Part shown: in pieces, positions 23,826 through 34,238 of the stretch | Layout: each line of letters starts with the position of its first letter | How positions within the stretch are numbered: position 1 is the first letter of the stretch | NCBI GenBank assembly: GCA_965199855.1 | Contig: OZ241326.1 | Location: forward strand, 352,001-416,000 | Direction: 5' to 3' | DNA: 64,000 nucleotides | Source of the DNA: a bacterium | GTDB taxonomy: Bacteria; UBA8248 | Position numbers and translations under genes: made by a program | Notes under the pieces: model-generated | What the model saw: the letters and a program-made list of their open reading frames with translations, nothing else | Databases searched by the model: none | Told to the model about the DNA's origin: nothing

Positions 23826-24665
23826 ATGGAAACGGCGCTCAGCGAGGCGGCCCCGATGATCGGCCGGAATTCCGATGCGGGCGAGGACGCCTGCAGGGTC
23901 GTTGCCGTCGTGAACCAGAAGGGGGGCGTCGGCAAGACGACGACGGCGGTGAACCTGGCGGCCTGCCTCGCCGTGGCGAATGAGCCGACCCTGCTGGTCG
24001 ATCTGGATCCGCAGTCGAACGCGACGAGCAATTTCGCTTTATTTTCGCAATCTTCCGCCCTTTACAGCGCTCTGGTTCTGGACGGATCGATTGATGATGA
24101 ATCCTTGCAAAAGACTGAAATAAAAGGGCTTTGCGTTCTGCCCTCCTCCATCGATCTGGCGGGGGCGGAGGTGGAGCTCGCGGGGTTGCCGGAACGGGAG
24201 AATCGCCTGCGGAAGGCGCTCGCGCCGATGCGGCGGCGGTTTCGCTACGTATTCATCGACTGCCCGCCCTCGCTCGGCTTTCTCACCCTGAACGGCCTGC
24301 GGGCGGCGGACGAGGTGCTGATACCCATCCAGGCGGAATACTTCGCGCTCGAGGGTCTGGCGCGGCTGATGAAGACGGTGGAGCGGGCGCGGCGAAGCCT
24401 GCATCCCGCCTTGAGGGTGGGCGGAATCCTGCTGACCATGTATGATTCGAGAACGAATCTCTCGCGTCAGGTGCGGGAGGATTTGAGGTCCCACCTGCCG
24501 GAGCTGACCTATCGGGTCGTGATTCCGAGGAGCGTGCGGCTGGCGGAGGCGCCGAGCCACGGAAAGCCGGTGATCGCCTATGACATCTCCTCGCCGGGCG
24601 CCCAGGCGTATCTCGCCCTGGCGAGCGAGTTTCTGGCGCGCTCGAAGGAGGGGAAGAGGGGCTGA
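23826..24665 (+). CDS. parA: Chromosome partitioning ATPase ParA/Soj
   Basis: NQKGGVGKTTT, DLDPQ, DCPPSLG, LAEAPSHG. Confidence 0.96.
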   Translation: METALSEAAPMIGRNSDAGEDACRVVAVVNQKGGVGKTTTAVNLAACLAVANEPTLLVDLDPQSNATSNFALFSQSSALYSALVLDGSIDDESLQKTEIKGLCVLPSSIDLAGAEVELAGLPERENRLRKALAPMRRRFRYVFIDCPPSLGFLTLNGLRAADEVLIPIQAEYFALEGLARLMKTVERARRSLHPALRVGGILLTMYDSRTNLSRQVREDLRSHLPELTYRVVIPRSVRLAEAPSHGKPVIAYDISSPGAQAYLALASEFLARSKEGKRG

Positions 24666-24667
24666 GG

Positions 24668-25588
24668 ATGGCGACCGCGAGAAAGAGAGGACTCGGCAGG
24701 GGGCTGGACGCGCTTCTCTCCCCCGGCGAGGCGGAAGCGCCTGCGGAGGCGGCGGCGTCCCCGCGCGCCGCGGAGGAGGGAGAAGTTCTGGTTCGTCTCT
24801 CGCCGGACAGCCTCGCCCCCGGCGTTCACCAGCCCCGGGTCGATTTCGACGAGGAGGATCTCTTCGAGCTCGCCGAGTCCGTCAGGCGGCACGGGGTGAT
24901 TCAGCCCATCCTGGCGCGGCGAACCGAGGGCGGCGGATACGAGATCGTGGCGGGGGAGAGGCGCTGGCGCGCCGCGCGCCTGGCCGCCGTCGATGAGATT
25001 CCCGCCATCCTGGTGGACGCCGCGGGGGACGAGGCGCTCGAGCTGGCGATCGTCGAGAACGTCCAGCGCGCGGATTTGAACCCGATGGAGGCGGCGGCCG
25101 CCTACGCGAACATGATGGAGCGCCTCGCCCTGACGCAGGAGGAGGTCGCCGCGCGCCTGGGCAAGGAGCGCGCGACGGTGGCGAACTGCGTCCGGCTTCT
25201 GCGGCTGCCCCCCTCCGTTCAGGAGAGCGTGGCCGCCGGCCTGCTCTCCATGGGACACGCGAAGGCGCTCCTCTCGCTGCGGACGCGGGAGGAGATGGCG
25301 AGCCACGGCGAGGAGGCCGTCCGCAAGAGGCTCTCCGTGCGCCAGCTCGAGCGGCGCCTGCGAAGGGCGCTCCCGGGCGAGAGCCGGGAGGAGGCGGCGG
25401 CCGGGAGCGCCGGACGCCGGGGCGGGCCCTCGGGGCCGCAGGCGCTCTATCTCCGAGAGGCGGCGGATCGGCTCAGGGGCGCGCTGGGCGCGAAGGTTTC
25501 GATTTTGGGGGACGAGAACAAGGGGACGATTGAAATCGAGTATTATTCGACCGAGACGCTCGAGGGGCTGATTCAGCGGATTTGCTGA
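24668..25588 (+). CDS. parB: Chromosome partitioning protein ParB
   Basis: GLGRGLDALL, GERRWRA, ENVQRADL, HTH. Confidence 0.96.
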   Translation: MATARKRGLGRGLDALLSPGEAEAPAEAAASPRAAEEGEVLVRLSPDSLAPGVHQPRVDFDEEDLFELAESVRRHGVIQPILARRTEGGGYEIVAGERRWRAARLAAVDEIPAILVDAAGDEALELAIVENVQRADLNPMEAAAAYANMMERLALTQEEVAARLGKERATVANCVRLLRLPPSVQESVAAGLLSMGHAKALLSLRTREEMASHGEEAVRKRLSVRQLERRLRRALPGESREEAAAGSAGRRGGPSGPQALYLREAADRLRGALGAKVSILGDENKGTIEIEYYSTETLEGLIQRIC

Positions 25589-25628
25589 AGCCGGGCTTCT
25601 CCCCTGGGGCCAAGGCGGGGGTCTGCGG

Positions 25629-26045
25629 ATGGCGAAAAACTACGAGAAAAGCATTCGGGCCTTTCTGGGAGAAGGCACGGAGTTCAAGGGCGTCATCTCC
25701 TTCGAGGGGACCGTGCGCGTGGACGGCGCCCTGGAGGGCGAGGTCGCCACGGAGGACACCTTCATCATCGGCCCGGCGGCGCGGGTGACGGCGCGCATCA
25801 CGGCCGGCGTCGTCATCATCATGGGCCGGCTGGACGGGAAGGTCGAGGCGAAGCAGAAGTGCGAGGTCCGCGTCGGCGCCCACGTGCGCGGCGACATCCT
25901 CACGCCGAGCATCTACATCGAGGAGGGCGCCGTGTTCGAGGGCGCCTGCCGCATGACGGGCGGCGAGCCGAAGGAAAAGGAAGCCGAAAGGCCCCCCGAG
26001 GCCCCGGCCGCGCCGGAGGACGAGGAGGACGGCCGCGCGTCCTGA
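25629..26045 (+). CDS. Bactofilin (polymer-forming cytoskeletal protein)
   Basis: LGEGTEFKG..SFEGTVRVDG, GDI.T..I.IEEGAVFEG.C.M. Confidence 0.92.
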   Translation: MAKNYEKSIRAFLGEGTEFKGVISFEGTVRVDGALEGEVATEDTFIIGPAARVTARITAGVVIIMGRLDGKVEAKQKCEVRVGAHVRGDILTPSIYIEEGAVFEGACRMTGGEPKEKEAERPPEAPAAPEDEEDGRAS

Positions 26046-26091
26046 GGCGCGGGGCGCGGCGCGAGGCTTTCAGGAAGGGGCGCATACCGCG

Positions 26092-26358
26092 ATGGAGGGA
26101 GGCCGCTCGGTTTTCGGCGCGATCGTCGGGTTCTTCTTCTGGCTCGGCATCGCCTGGTATTTCTACCATCGGGACTTCGCGGGCGCCTTCCGGCTCGTCC
26201 TCGCCGGGTGCGCGCTATACGGCCTCTGGCTTCTGATCTCGCGGCTTCGCTCCGCGCGCGCGGGGCGGCCCCGCGCGGGGGAGGAGGCCGGCGCGCCGCC
26301 CGCCTCCGATTTTCCGGATTACGACTTCGAGAACGTGAAGCCGAAGGATTTTGAATGA
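26092..26358 (+). CDS. Small 2-TM membrane protein
   Basis: Two hydrophobic helices and an acidic tail; operon position. Confidence 0.6.
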   Translation: MEGGRSVFGAIVGFFFWLGIAWYFYHRDFAGAFRLVLAGCALYGLWLLISRLRSARAGRPRAGEEAGAPPASDFPDYDFENVKPKDFE

Positions 26359-26428
26359 GGCCGGCCCGCCCCGGCTCCCAAGGCCCGCCCGCGGGCGCAG
26401 GCTCCTCCCCCGTGAACGGAAGGGCGAC

Positions 26429-27289
26429 ATGAAATTTCTGGCGGCGGCGGCGCAGATCGGCCCCACCCTGGGGAATCTCGAGGCGAACCGGGAGCTGCTG
26501 GTCAGGGAGGTGGCAAGGGCGGAGAGGAGAGGGGTCGATCTCCTCGTCTTCCCCGAGCTTTCGCTGACGGGCTACTTCCTCAAGGACATGGTGCCCGAAG
26601 TGGCGCTCCGGCGCGGGGACGCACGCATGAGGGAGATCGCCGCCCTCAGCCGCGGCGTCTCCCTGGTGGTCGGCTTCATCGAGGAATCCGCCGGGCACGG
26701 GTTCTTCAACGCCGCCGCCTATTTCGAGGGCGGCAGGCTCCTGCACGTTCACCGCAAGGTCTATCTGCCGACCTACGGGCTGTTCGACGAGAACCGCTAC
26801 GTGGGCAGGGGCGAGAAGGTTCGCGCCTTCGACACCCGCTTCGGGCGCGCGGCCATCCTCATCTGCGAGGACGCCTGGCACCCGAGCCTGGCGGGAATCG
26901 CCTCGCTGGACGGGGCGGATCTGCTCATCGTTCCCGCCGCCAGCCCTGCGCGCGGCGTCGGCAGGAGAGGCGGGAGGGGCGGCCTCGCCATCCAGCGCGT
27001 CTGGCGCGCCCTGACGGGAACCTACGCCGCCTCCTACAACCAGCACGTCATTTTCAGCAACCGGGTCGGCTACGAGGACGGCGTGAACTTCTGGGGCGGC
27101 TCGGAGATCCTCTCGCCCGCAGGCGAGCCGCTCGCCCGGGCGGGGCGGACGAAGGCGCAGCTGCTCCTCTCTCGGGTGGACGCGGCGAACGTGAGGCGCG
27201 CGCGAATCTCCTCCCCCACGGTGCGGGACGAGGACATGCGCCTCACCCTGCGCGAGCTTCGCCGCATTCAGAAAGAGCGGGAGAAGTGA
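26429..27289 (+). CDS. Nitrilase-family amidohydrolase, probable glutaminase partner of NadE
   Basis: E-K-C triad in FPELSL, HRKVYLP and ICEDAWH; lies near nadE. Confidence 0.85.
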   Translation: MKFLAAAAQIGPTLGNLEANRELLVREVARAERRGVDLLVFPELSLTGYFLKDMVPEVALRRGDARMREIAALSRGVSLVVGFIEESAGHGFFNAAAYFEGGRLLHVHRKVYLPTYGLFDENRYVGRGEKVRAFDTRFGRAAILICEDAWHPSLAGIASLDGADLLIVPAASPARGVGRRGGRGGLAIQRVWRALTGTYAASYNQHVIFSNRVGYEDGVNFWGGSEILSPAGEPLARAGRTKAQLLLSRVDAANVRRARISSPTVRDEDMRLTLRELRRIQKEREK

Positions 27290-27364
27290 GCTTCCGGAAG
27301 CGTCCCTGTCCCCTCGGCGAGAGCCTTCGCGGGCGAGGCGGAAGCCGCGCCGGCTTTCGCGTCC

Positions 27365-28144
27365 CTATTCGCCGCGCCATTCGGTTCGGGAGGGCAGCGC
27401 GCCGCCCCGGAAGTTGAACAGCGCGGCCGGTGCCCCGCCCGCGTTGTGAACCGTGTGCCAGACGCCGCCGGGGACGTGAACGAGGTCGCCCGCGGACGCC
27501 TCGATGGTCTCCTCCTCCACGATGAAGTTCATGCGCCCTTCCAGCACGAGCGTCGCCTCGTCCATCTCCCGCTGATGGCGGTGGACGCGGGGCTTGGCCC
27601 CCGGCGGAAACGAGACCACCTGGCATTCGAGATATTCCGTGGAGAAGGCGCGCCTGAGTCCCTTCTCCCTCGCCCTTTCGGGGTCGAACGGGGCGGCGAG
27701 CGCGTCCACCGATCCCTTGACGCAAGGGACGGGCGGCGACAGCCGGTTTTCGACGGATTCGGGGTCCGGATTCGGGGGCGGCTCGCCCTCCGGCAGGAGA
27801 AAGCCCGAGGGCATCCTGCCTCCCCGGAAGTTGAATTCCACGAGTTCGCCGCGGCCCGTGTTCTTCATGTGGTGCATGGCGCCGCGCGGGTTGAGCAGAA
27901 CGGCGCCCTCCCCGACGTCGAAGGCCACCCCGTCGCTGTGAATCAGCCCGCTTCCGCGCCAGATGAGATAGCCCTCGTCCATCTCCTCGTGGTGGGCGTG
28001 GTAGGGGGGATAGGCGCCCGGCGGCAGAACGATGGCGCGCACTTCGAGGCGCGGCGTGTCGATGCAGCGGGGCGAGCCCTTCTCTCTCGCCTCTTCCTCG
28101 TCATACGTCCATTTCAGGCTTTCGACGTTTCCCACGTAAGGCAC
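27365..28144 (-). CDS. Bicupin protein
   Basis: Two cupin repeats, YHAHHEEMDE...MHHMKN...NFRGG and VHRHQREMDE...WHTVHN...NFRGG. GTG start chosen after GGGAG. Confidence 0.8.
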   Translation of the reverse strand: MPYVGNVESLKWTYDEEEAREKGSPRCIDTPRLEVRAIVLPPGAYPPYHAHHEEMDEGYLIWRGSGLIHSDGVAFDVGEGAVLLNPRGAMHHMKNTGRGELVEFNFRGGRMPSGFLLPEGEPPPNPDPESVENRLSPPVPCVKGSVDALAAPFDPERAREKGLRRAFSTEYLECQVVSFPPGAKPRVHRHQREMDEATLVLEGRMNFIVEEETIEASAGDLVHVPGGVWHTVHNAGGAPAALFNFRGGALPSRTEWRGE

Positions 28145-28296
28145 GCGCGGCTCCCGGATGATCGGGTGGGGGGCAGAAGAAGGGTATCCCCGGCGCCGCG
28201 CCGGGTCAACGGGCGGGAGCCGTTGCGCGCGAAGTCCGCCGGGGGCATGATGGAGGCGGCGCGCGGCGGGGGCGCTTTTCACGAGGGAGGTCCGGC

Positions 28297-29148
28297 TTGT
28301 CGAACGAGGAGCTCATCCCGAGCGTGATGGCCGAGCTCGAGCTGGACGCCGGGCTCGCCGTCGGCCTGCTCGCCGGCTTCATCCGGGACGAGGTCTCCAA
28401 GGTGGGCGTGCGGAGGCTGGTTCTGGGCCTCTCGGGCGGAATCGACAGCGCGCTCTCGGCGTTTCTGGCGGCGCGCGCCATGGGGCCGGAGAACGTCACG
28501 GGCGTCATCATGCCCTACCGGCTCTCGAACCCCCAAAGCGAGGCGGACGCGCGCGCCGTGGCCGCCGCCTGCGGCATCCGGATCGAGGCGGTGGACATCT
28601 CCCCCCAGGTGGATGCGTATTTCGAGCGCTTCGCCGACGCCGGCAACCTGCGCCGGGGCAACAAGATGGCGCGCGAGCGCATGACGATTCTCTACGATCA
28701 CTCGGCCATGCTGGGCGCCCTGGTCGTGGGCACGAGCAACAAGACGGAGCTCCTCCTCGGCTACGGCACCCTGTTCGGGGACATGGCGAGCGCGGTGAAC
28801 CCCATCGGCGACCTGTTCAAGACCCAGGTGCGCCAGCTCTCGCGCTTCGTGGGCGTGCCGGCGCGGGTGGTGGACAAGGCGCCGAGCGCCGACCTGTGGG
28901 CGGGACAGACCGACGAGCAGGAGCTCGGCTGCAGCTACGAGGAGGCCGACGCCGTTCTGTATCGGATGATAGACTGCCGCTACGCGCCCGGGGAGCTGAC
29001 GGCCGAGGGGTTCTCCCCCGAGCTCATAGACGGCATCCGGCGGCTGGTTCAGCGCAGCCAGTACAAGCGGCGCCCGCCCCTGATCGCCAAACTCAGCCAG
29101 CGGACGATCGACCGGGATTTCCGCTACGCCAGGGACTGGGGGCTCTAG
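28297..29148 (+). CDS. nadE: NAD+ synthetase (synthetase domain only)
   Basis: [38 protein letters not shown]. Confidence 0.95.
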   Translation: MSNEELIPSVMAELELDAGLAVGLLAGFIRDEVSKVGVRRLVLGLSGGIDSALSAFLAARAMGPENVTGVIMPYRLSNPQSEADARAVAAACGIRIEAVDISPQVDAYFERFADAGNLRRGNKMARERMTILYDHSAMLGALVVGTSNKTELLLGYGTLFGDMASAVNPIGDLFKTQVRQLSRFVGVPARVVDKAPSADLWAGQTDEQELGCSYEEADAVLYRMIDCRYAPGELTAEGFSPELIDGIRRLVQRSQYKRRPPLIAKLSQRTIDRDFRYARDWGL

Positions 29149-29284
29149 TCCCGCCCGCCCTTGATGCGGGTTCGGAACTATGGCAGGATGAGCGCCTGAA
29201 CTCCGCGTCATCTTTCGTTTTTCCCGGACATGCGCCGGAGGCGCGTGATTTTTTTCATCCTCGAGGCTTCGGGGAGGGAGCGCG

Positions 29285-29743
29285 GTGGCGTCGCTGAGGA
29301 AAGGAGCCCGGGCGCCCGCCTTCGCCCTGCGCGACGCGCTCGGCAAGGTTCACCGGCTTTCCGGCTACAGGGGGCGCAGGGTCGTCCTCTACTTCTACCC
29401 GAGGGACGACACCCCCGGGTGCGCGGCCGAGGCGCGGGACTTCAACAGGGAGCTGGCGAAGATTCAGAAGAAGAACGCCGTCGTCATCGGCGTGAGCCCC
29501 GACAACGAGGTGAGCCACAAGAAGTTCGCGGAGAAGCTGAATCTGGGCTTCACCCTGCTGGCGGACCCGGACGGCCTGATTTCCTCGAAATACGGCGCCT
29601 ACGGCGAAAAGACGCTGTTCGGCAGAAAGTTCAACGGCATTTTCCGCACCACCTACATCATCGACGAGAAGGGCGTCATCGAGAAGGTCTTCGGGAACGT
29701 GAAGGTGGACGGACACGCGAAGGCCGTGCTCAAGGCGCTCTAG
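29285..29743 (+). CDS. bcp: Peroxiredoxin Bcp/PrxQ (1-Cys type)
   Basis: LYFYPRDDTPGCAAEA. Confidence 0.93.
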   Translation: MASLRKGARAPAFALRDALGKVHRLSGYRGRRVVLYFYPRDDTPGCAAEARDFNRELAKIQKKNAVVIGVSPDNEVSHKKFAEKLNLGFTLLADPDGLISSKYGAYGEKTLFGRKFNGIFRTTYIIDEKGVIEKVFGNVKVDGHAKAVLKAL

Positions 29744-29905
29744 GCGGCCCTTCGCGCCTCATGGCGGTTTTTTTGGTGCGTGGGCGCGGGGCTTTCCCGG
29801 GAGTTTTCTGACGAAAACGCGGGTTGCGAGGCTCTCGCGGGAGGGCGGGCGCCTGGCGGCGCGTTGCGCGCCGCGGGCGTGAAGCGAAAGAAGATTGGAG
29901 GCGAC

Positions 29906-30376
29906 ATGACGATTCGACCGAAGGAGCTGCCGGAGACCACCGAGAACTGGGCGGAGGCCGACTTCAAGGGCCACGCGAAGAGCGTCGTCACCGTCAAGGG
30001 CGGCCACACCATGGTCGTGGACGAACCCAGGCGGCTGGGCGGCTCGGATGAGGGCCCCTCGCCCACGGGCTACCTCGTGACGTCGCTCGCGGGCTGCACC
30101 GCGGTGATTCTGGAGAGGTGCGCGAAGGAGGCGAAGCTGGAGATAGGCTCCCTGAAGGTGAAGTCCACCATCGTCTATAGTCCCAGAGGCATCGCGGGTC
30201 AGGAGGGATACCGCTCGAACCCCAGCGAGGCCCGGAGCGAAATCTGGCTCGAGGTCGAGGCGAGCGACGAGCAGGTGGAGGCGCTCAAGGCGGACTATTT
30301 CCGCAGATGCCCCGTCTATAACCTCTTCAGGGCGAGCGGCTGCGCCATGAAGGACGTCTGGCGCGTCAACGAATAG
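29906..30376 (+). CDS. OsmC/Ohr-like protein
   Basis: DEP..LGG.D.GPSP, LAGC, RCPV; GGAGG RBS. Confidence 0.85.
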   Translation: MTIRPKELPETTENWAEADFKGHAKSVVTVKGGHTMVVDEPRRLGGSDEGPSPTGYLVTSLAGCTAVILERCAKEAKLEIGSLKVKSTIVYSPRGIAGQEGYRSNPSEARSEIWLEVEASDEQVEALKADYFRRCPVYNLFRASGCAMKDVWRVNE

Positions 30377-30474
30377 GCTCCGCCCCCGGGCCGGCGGCCC
30401 GCGCCCCCGGCGCGAGAGGTCGATTTCCTCCCCGAGCGGCGGAGAAGGCGGGAGGCTTCGGCCTGGCGCGCGCC

Positions 30475-30867
30475 TTATTTTTCTCCCGGACGCAGAACGC
30501 TGTTCGCCTTCTCGCCCTCGGGCGCGAAGGAGAGCGCGTCCAGGCTCGGGCGCGCGGGGCTTCTCACCAGGAGGATCTCCACAGGCCCCTCCAGCGCCAG
30601 AATTTCATGGACGTGTCCGGGCGGGAACCGGAGCAGATCCCCCGGCGCCGCCTCGAGAATCTCGCCTTCCACGGCGGCGCGAATCCTCCCCTTGAGAAGA
30701 TAGAGGAACTGCTCGTCCCGGTGATGGTGCGGGCTGGAATGCGCGCGCTCCTCCATGCGGAAATACCCGATGGTGGCGCGCTCGCCGTCCACCCACGCGG
30801 CGTTCGCGGACACGTAGTCGGCGGCCTTTTCCTGATCCTGGCCGGCGAAATCCCTGTAGATCGGCAT
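30475..30867 (-). CDS. Cupin domain protein
   Basis: SPHHHRDEQ..Y.LKG, FPPGHVHE. Start MPIYRD. Confidence 0.8.
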   Translation of the reverse strand: MPIYRDFAGQDQEKAADYVSANAAWVDGERATIGYFRMEERAHSSPHHHRDEQFLYLLKGRIRAAVEGEILEAAPGDLLRFPPGHVHEILALEGPVEILLVRSPARPSLDALSFAPEGEKANSVLRPGEK

Positions 30868-31033
30868 GAGGCGGGCTCCTGTCGGGGGCGCGGGAAGTCC
30901 GGGGGCGCCGCGAGGCGGCGCGCCGGGGCATTCTAGCGCATCGGACTCGCAATATCCCCTTCGCCCGTGTATATTCCGTTCGGAATCTCTGGCCGCTTTC
31001 TTCGCGCGCGAAACTTCGGACGATGAGGACGCC

Positions 31034-32065
31034 GTGAGCGAGCCTCCCCTGGATGCGTTCGAGTATTTCTTCGGGAAGGAATGGTCGGACGGCCTGCCCG
31101 TCGTCCCCCCGACCCCGGAGCGCGTGGAGGCGATGCTGGCGGGGGCGCGGCGCGACCCGGACGAGGTGATAGGCGAGGTTCCCCCGCTGCTGGGGCGGGC
31201 GGACGTTCGCGCCGTCGCCGTCCACGCCGTCATGGCCGGATGCAGGCCGGAGTATATGCCCGTTCTCATCGCAGCGATGGAGGCGATTCTCGAGGAGAGG
31301 TTCAACGTGGGCGGGGTGCAGGCGACGCTCTCCTGCGCGGCGCCCCTGCTGATCGTGAACGGCCCCCGCGCCGCGGAGATCGGGCTGAGCGGCGGGCTCG
31401 GCTGCTTCGGCCCGGGCAATCGCGCGAACGCGACCATCGGCCGCGCGGTCCGCCTCCTGCTCCTCAACGCGGGCGGGGGCATACCGGGGATCACCTCGAT
31501 GAGCACCTTCTCCCAGCCGGGAAGGTTCACGTTCTGCATCGCCGAGAACGAGGCGGAAAGCCCCTGGCCGTCGCTCGCGGAGACGAAGGGCTTCGGCGCG
31601 GAGGAGAACGTCGTCACCGCGGTGAACGTGGAGGGCCCCTGCATGGCGTGGGACGACGCGAGCGGCGAGCCCGGGCGGATGCTTCCCTCCATCGCGGACG
31701 CCATGTCGCATCTGGGCGCGTGGAACTGCTGGGCCGACACCGATCTGGTGGTCGCGATGAGTCCCCAGCATGCGGCGATTTGCGCCGAAAAGGACTGGTC
31801 GAAGGAGGACGTTCACCGACGCCTTTGCGAAATCGCGGGCCGGACGGTGGGCGAGCTCAAGAGGGGCGGCCATTTCCGGGAAAACCGCGTCGGGAGCTTT
31901 CCGTTCCCCGTCGCGCTGGACGACGACGATGCGTTCGTGCCGACGATCAAGGACGCCGATCGGCTCTTCCTGATCGTGGCGGGCGGGGTTCCGGGGCCGA
32001 TGACGGCCGTCCTGCACGGCTGGAACGGGAGCAGCCGCTCCGTCTCCCGCGCCTTCGGGGCCTGA
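31034..32065 (+). CDS. Uncharacterised 'WSDGLPVVPPT' family protein, paralog A
   Basis: WSDGLPVVPPT, AVMAGC, IVNGP, RANATIGRA, ENE.ESPW, IVAGG. Confidence 0.85.
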   Translation: MSEPPLDAFEYFFGKEWSDGLPVVPPTPERVEAMLAGARRDPDEVIGEVPPLLGRADVRAVAVHAVMAGCRPEYMPVLIAAMEAILEERFNVGGVQATLSCAAPLLIVNGPRAAEIGLSGGLGCFGPGNRANATIGRAVRLLLLNAGGGIPGITSMSTFSQPGRFTFCIAENEAESPWPSLAETKGFGAEENVVTAVNVEGPCMAWDDASGEPGRMLPSIADAMSHLGAWNCWADTDLVVAMSPQHAAICAEKDWSKEDVHRRLCEIAGRTVGELKRGGHFRENRVGSFPFPVALDDDDAFVPTIKDADRLFLIVAGGVPGPMTAVLHGWNGSSRSVSRAFGA

Positions 32066-32097
32066 GCCGTCCGCATCGCGCGGCGAGGAGAAAGGCG

Positions 32098-33126
32098 TTG
32101 AGCGATTCGCCGGATGAATTCGAATTCTTTCTGGAAAAGCCCTGGTCGGACGGTCTGCCCGTCGTCACGCCCTCGGAGGAGCGCGTCGAGCGGATGCTCT
32201 CGGGCGCGCGAAGAGGCCCGGAGGAGGCGATAGGCCCCGTCCCCCCCGCCATGGGCGAGGCCACCGTCCGCAGCGTGGCGGTTCACGCGGTCATGGCGGG
32301 CTGCAAGCCGGCGTATCTGCCCGTCGTCCTGGGCGCCGTCTCCCTCATGCTGCGGGAGGAGTTCAACGTGAACGGCGTGCAGGGGACGATGCACGGCGTG
32401 GCGCCCCTGATGATCGTGAACGGCCCCTACGCGGAGGAGATCGGCGTTCACGGGGGCAACGGCTGCTTCGGCCCCGGCTTTCGCGCCAACGCGACCATCG
32501 GCCGCGCCATTCGCCTGATTCTGATGAACCTGGGCGGCGGCATCCCGGGCGTCTCCTCGATGACGATTTTCGGCACGCCGCTACGCTACACCGCGTGCGT
32601 CGCGGAAAACGCGGAGTTTCACCCCTGGGCGCCGCTCGCCTGCTCCAGGGGATACGGGGCGGAGGAGAACGTGATCACGATGGCGATGGTGGAAAGCCCG
32701 CGCCTCACCTTCGACGACGTGAGCGAGGAGCCGGGGCGCCTGCTGCGGGGAATCGCGGACGCCATGACGGGCCTGGGCTCCTGGAACATGCACGCGCCCA
32801 GAACCGACATGGTGGTCGCCCTGAACCCCCAGCACGCGAAAATCTGCGCGGACGGCGGCCTCGGACGCGAGGAGGTTCACCGGCGGCTTTGCGCGCTGGC
32901 CGGCCGCCGGGTGAAGGAGCTCAGGCGCGGCGGCAACTGGCGGCGCGAGCGCGCCCTGGCCATGCCGATCGACGTCGATCCCGACGATGGGGAGTTCTTC
33001 GTTCCCGTCATCAAGGATCCGCGCGACCTGCACCTCATCGTCGCGGGCGGCTGGGGTTCGGGAAGCGCCGTCTGCCACGGGTGGAGCGGCGGAAGCCGCG
33101 CCGTTCACGGGACGTATGAGGTTTGA
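32098..33126 (+). CDS. 'WSDGLPVVPPT' family protein, paralog B
   Basis: Same motifs; TTG start after AGGAG. It is the 3' part of track ORF 31081..33126. Confidence 0.85.
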   Translation: MSDSPDEFEFFLEKPWSDGLPVVTPSEERVERMLSGARRGPEEAIGPVPPAMGEATVRSVAVHAVMAGCKPAYLPVVLGAVSLMLREEFNVNGVQGTMHGVAPLMIVNGPYAEEIGVHGGNGCFGPGFRANATIGRAIRLILMNLGGGIPGVSSMTIFGTPLRYTACVAENAEFHPWAPLACSRGYGAEENVITMAMVESPRLTFDDVSEEPGRLLRGIADAMTGLGSWNMHAPRTDMVVALNPQHAKICADGGLGREEVHRRLCALAGRRVKELRRGGNWRRERALAMPIDVDPDDGEFFVPVIKDPRDLHLIVAGGWGSGSAVCHGWSGGSRAVHGTYEV

Positions 33127-33168
33127 CCCCGGAGTCGGCCGCGAGGAGCGAAGCGGCGGGGCGCGCCC

Positions 33169-34185
33169 ATGGATGAGTTCGAGTTCTTCTTCGGGAAGCC
33201 CTGGTCGGACGGCCTGCCCGTCGTTCCCCCCACCCCGGAGCGGGTGGCCGCCATGCTCGCCGGCGCGCGGCTGGAAGCCTCCGAAGTCGTCGGCCGCGTG
33301 CCGCCCCTCATGGAGGAGGCGAGCGTGGAGGCGGTCGCTGTCCACGCCGTCATGGCGGGGTGCGCGCCCCCGTTTCTGCCCGTCGTGGTCGCCGGCCTCC
33401 GCGCCGTTCTCGCCCCGGCGCTCAATCTGAACGGGGTGCAGGGGACGATGCACGGCGCCGCCCCCCTGCTCATCGTGAACGGCCCCTACGCGAGGGAAAT
33501 CGGCCTGCACGGCGGCGCGGGGTGCTTCGGCCCCGGCTTTCGGGCGAACGCGGCCATCGGCCGCGCGATTCGCCTGATTCTGATGAACCTGGGCGGGGGC
33601 GTTCCCGTCTCCGCCTCGATGAGCACCTTCGGCTCGCCCGCCCGATACGCCTTCTGCGTCGCCGAGAACGAGGCGGAAAGTCCCTGGGCGCCGCTCTCCG
33701 CCGGGAGGGGGTTTCGGGAGGAAGAGGACGTCGTGACGGCCGTCATGGCCGAGGCGCCCCAGGGCTACATCGACGACCGCTCGAAGGAGCCGGAGGCCCT
33801 CTTCGTGGGGCTGGCCGACAAAATCTCCACCCTGGGGTCGCTGAACATCTGGCTGAAGACCCAAGTCGCCGTCGCCATGGGCCCCGATCACGCGCGTATG
33901 TGCGCGGCCGCGGGGATGGGCAAGGAGGACGTTCGCCGCAGAATCATCGAGCTGGCGCGCAGACCCCTGGGCGAGCTCAGGCGCTCGGGCTACTGGCGCG
34001 AGGAGCTGCCCGCCGGATGGCCGCTCGACGCCGACCCGCGCGATGATTCGTTCCCGGTTCCGGCGATCAAGGACGCGGACGATCTCATCCTCATCGTGGC
34101 CGGCGGGACCCCCGGGCCGGTGACGGCCGTCATGCCCGGCTGGGTGGACGGAAGCGAGGCGGTCTCGGTTTCCTATCGGCCGTAA
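33169..34185 (+). CDS. 'WSDGLPVVPPT' family protein, paralog C
   Basis: Same motifs. Confidence 0.85.
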   Translation: MDEFEFFFGKPWSDGLPVVPPTPERVAAMLAGARLEASEVVGRVPPLMEEASVEAVAVHAVMAGCAPPFLPVVVAGLRAVLAPALNLNGVQGTMHGAAPLLIVNGPYAREIGLHGGAGCFGPGFRANAAIGRAIRLILMNLGGGVPVSASMSTFGSPARYAFCVAENEAESPWAPLSAGRGFREEEDVVTAVMAEAPQGYIDDRSKEPEALFVGLADKISTLGSLNIWLKTQVAVAMGPDHARMCAAAGMGKEDVRRRIIELARRPLGELRRSGYWREELPAGWPLDADPRDDSFPVPAIKDADDLILIVAGGTPGPVTAVMPGWVDGSEAVSVSYRP

Positions 34186-34238
34186 GCCCCGCCGGGGCGC
34201 GGCATCTTGGCCGCGGGCGGGCTTCGGAGGAGGCGCGC

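Noticed and set aside
29285-30376. Further selenoproteins (Bcp, OsmC-like)
   Set aside because: The active-site codons are TGC (Cys); there is no in-frame TGA.
31081-33126. 681-aa fusion ORF in the track
   Set aside because: The first half is an off-frame shadow of paralog A; the real gene starts at TTG 32098 after an AGGAG RBS.
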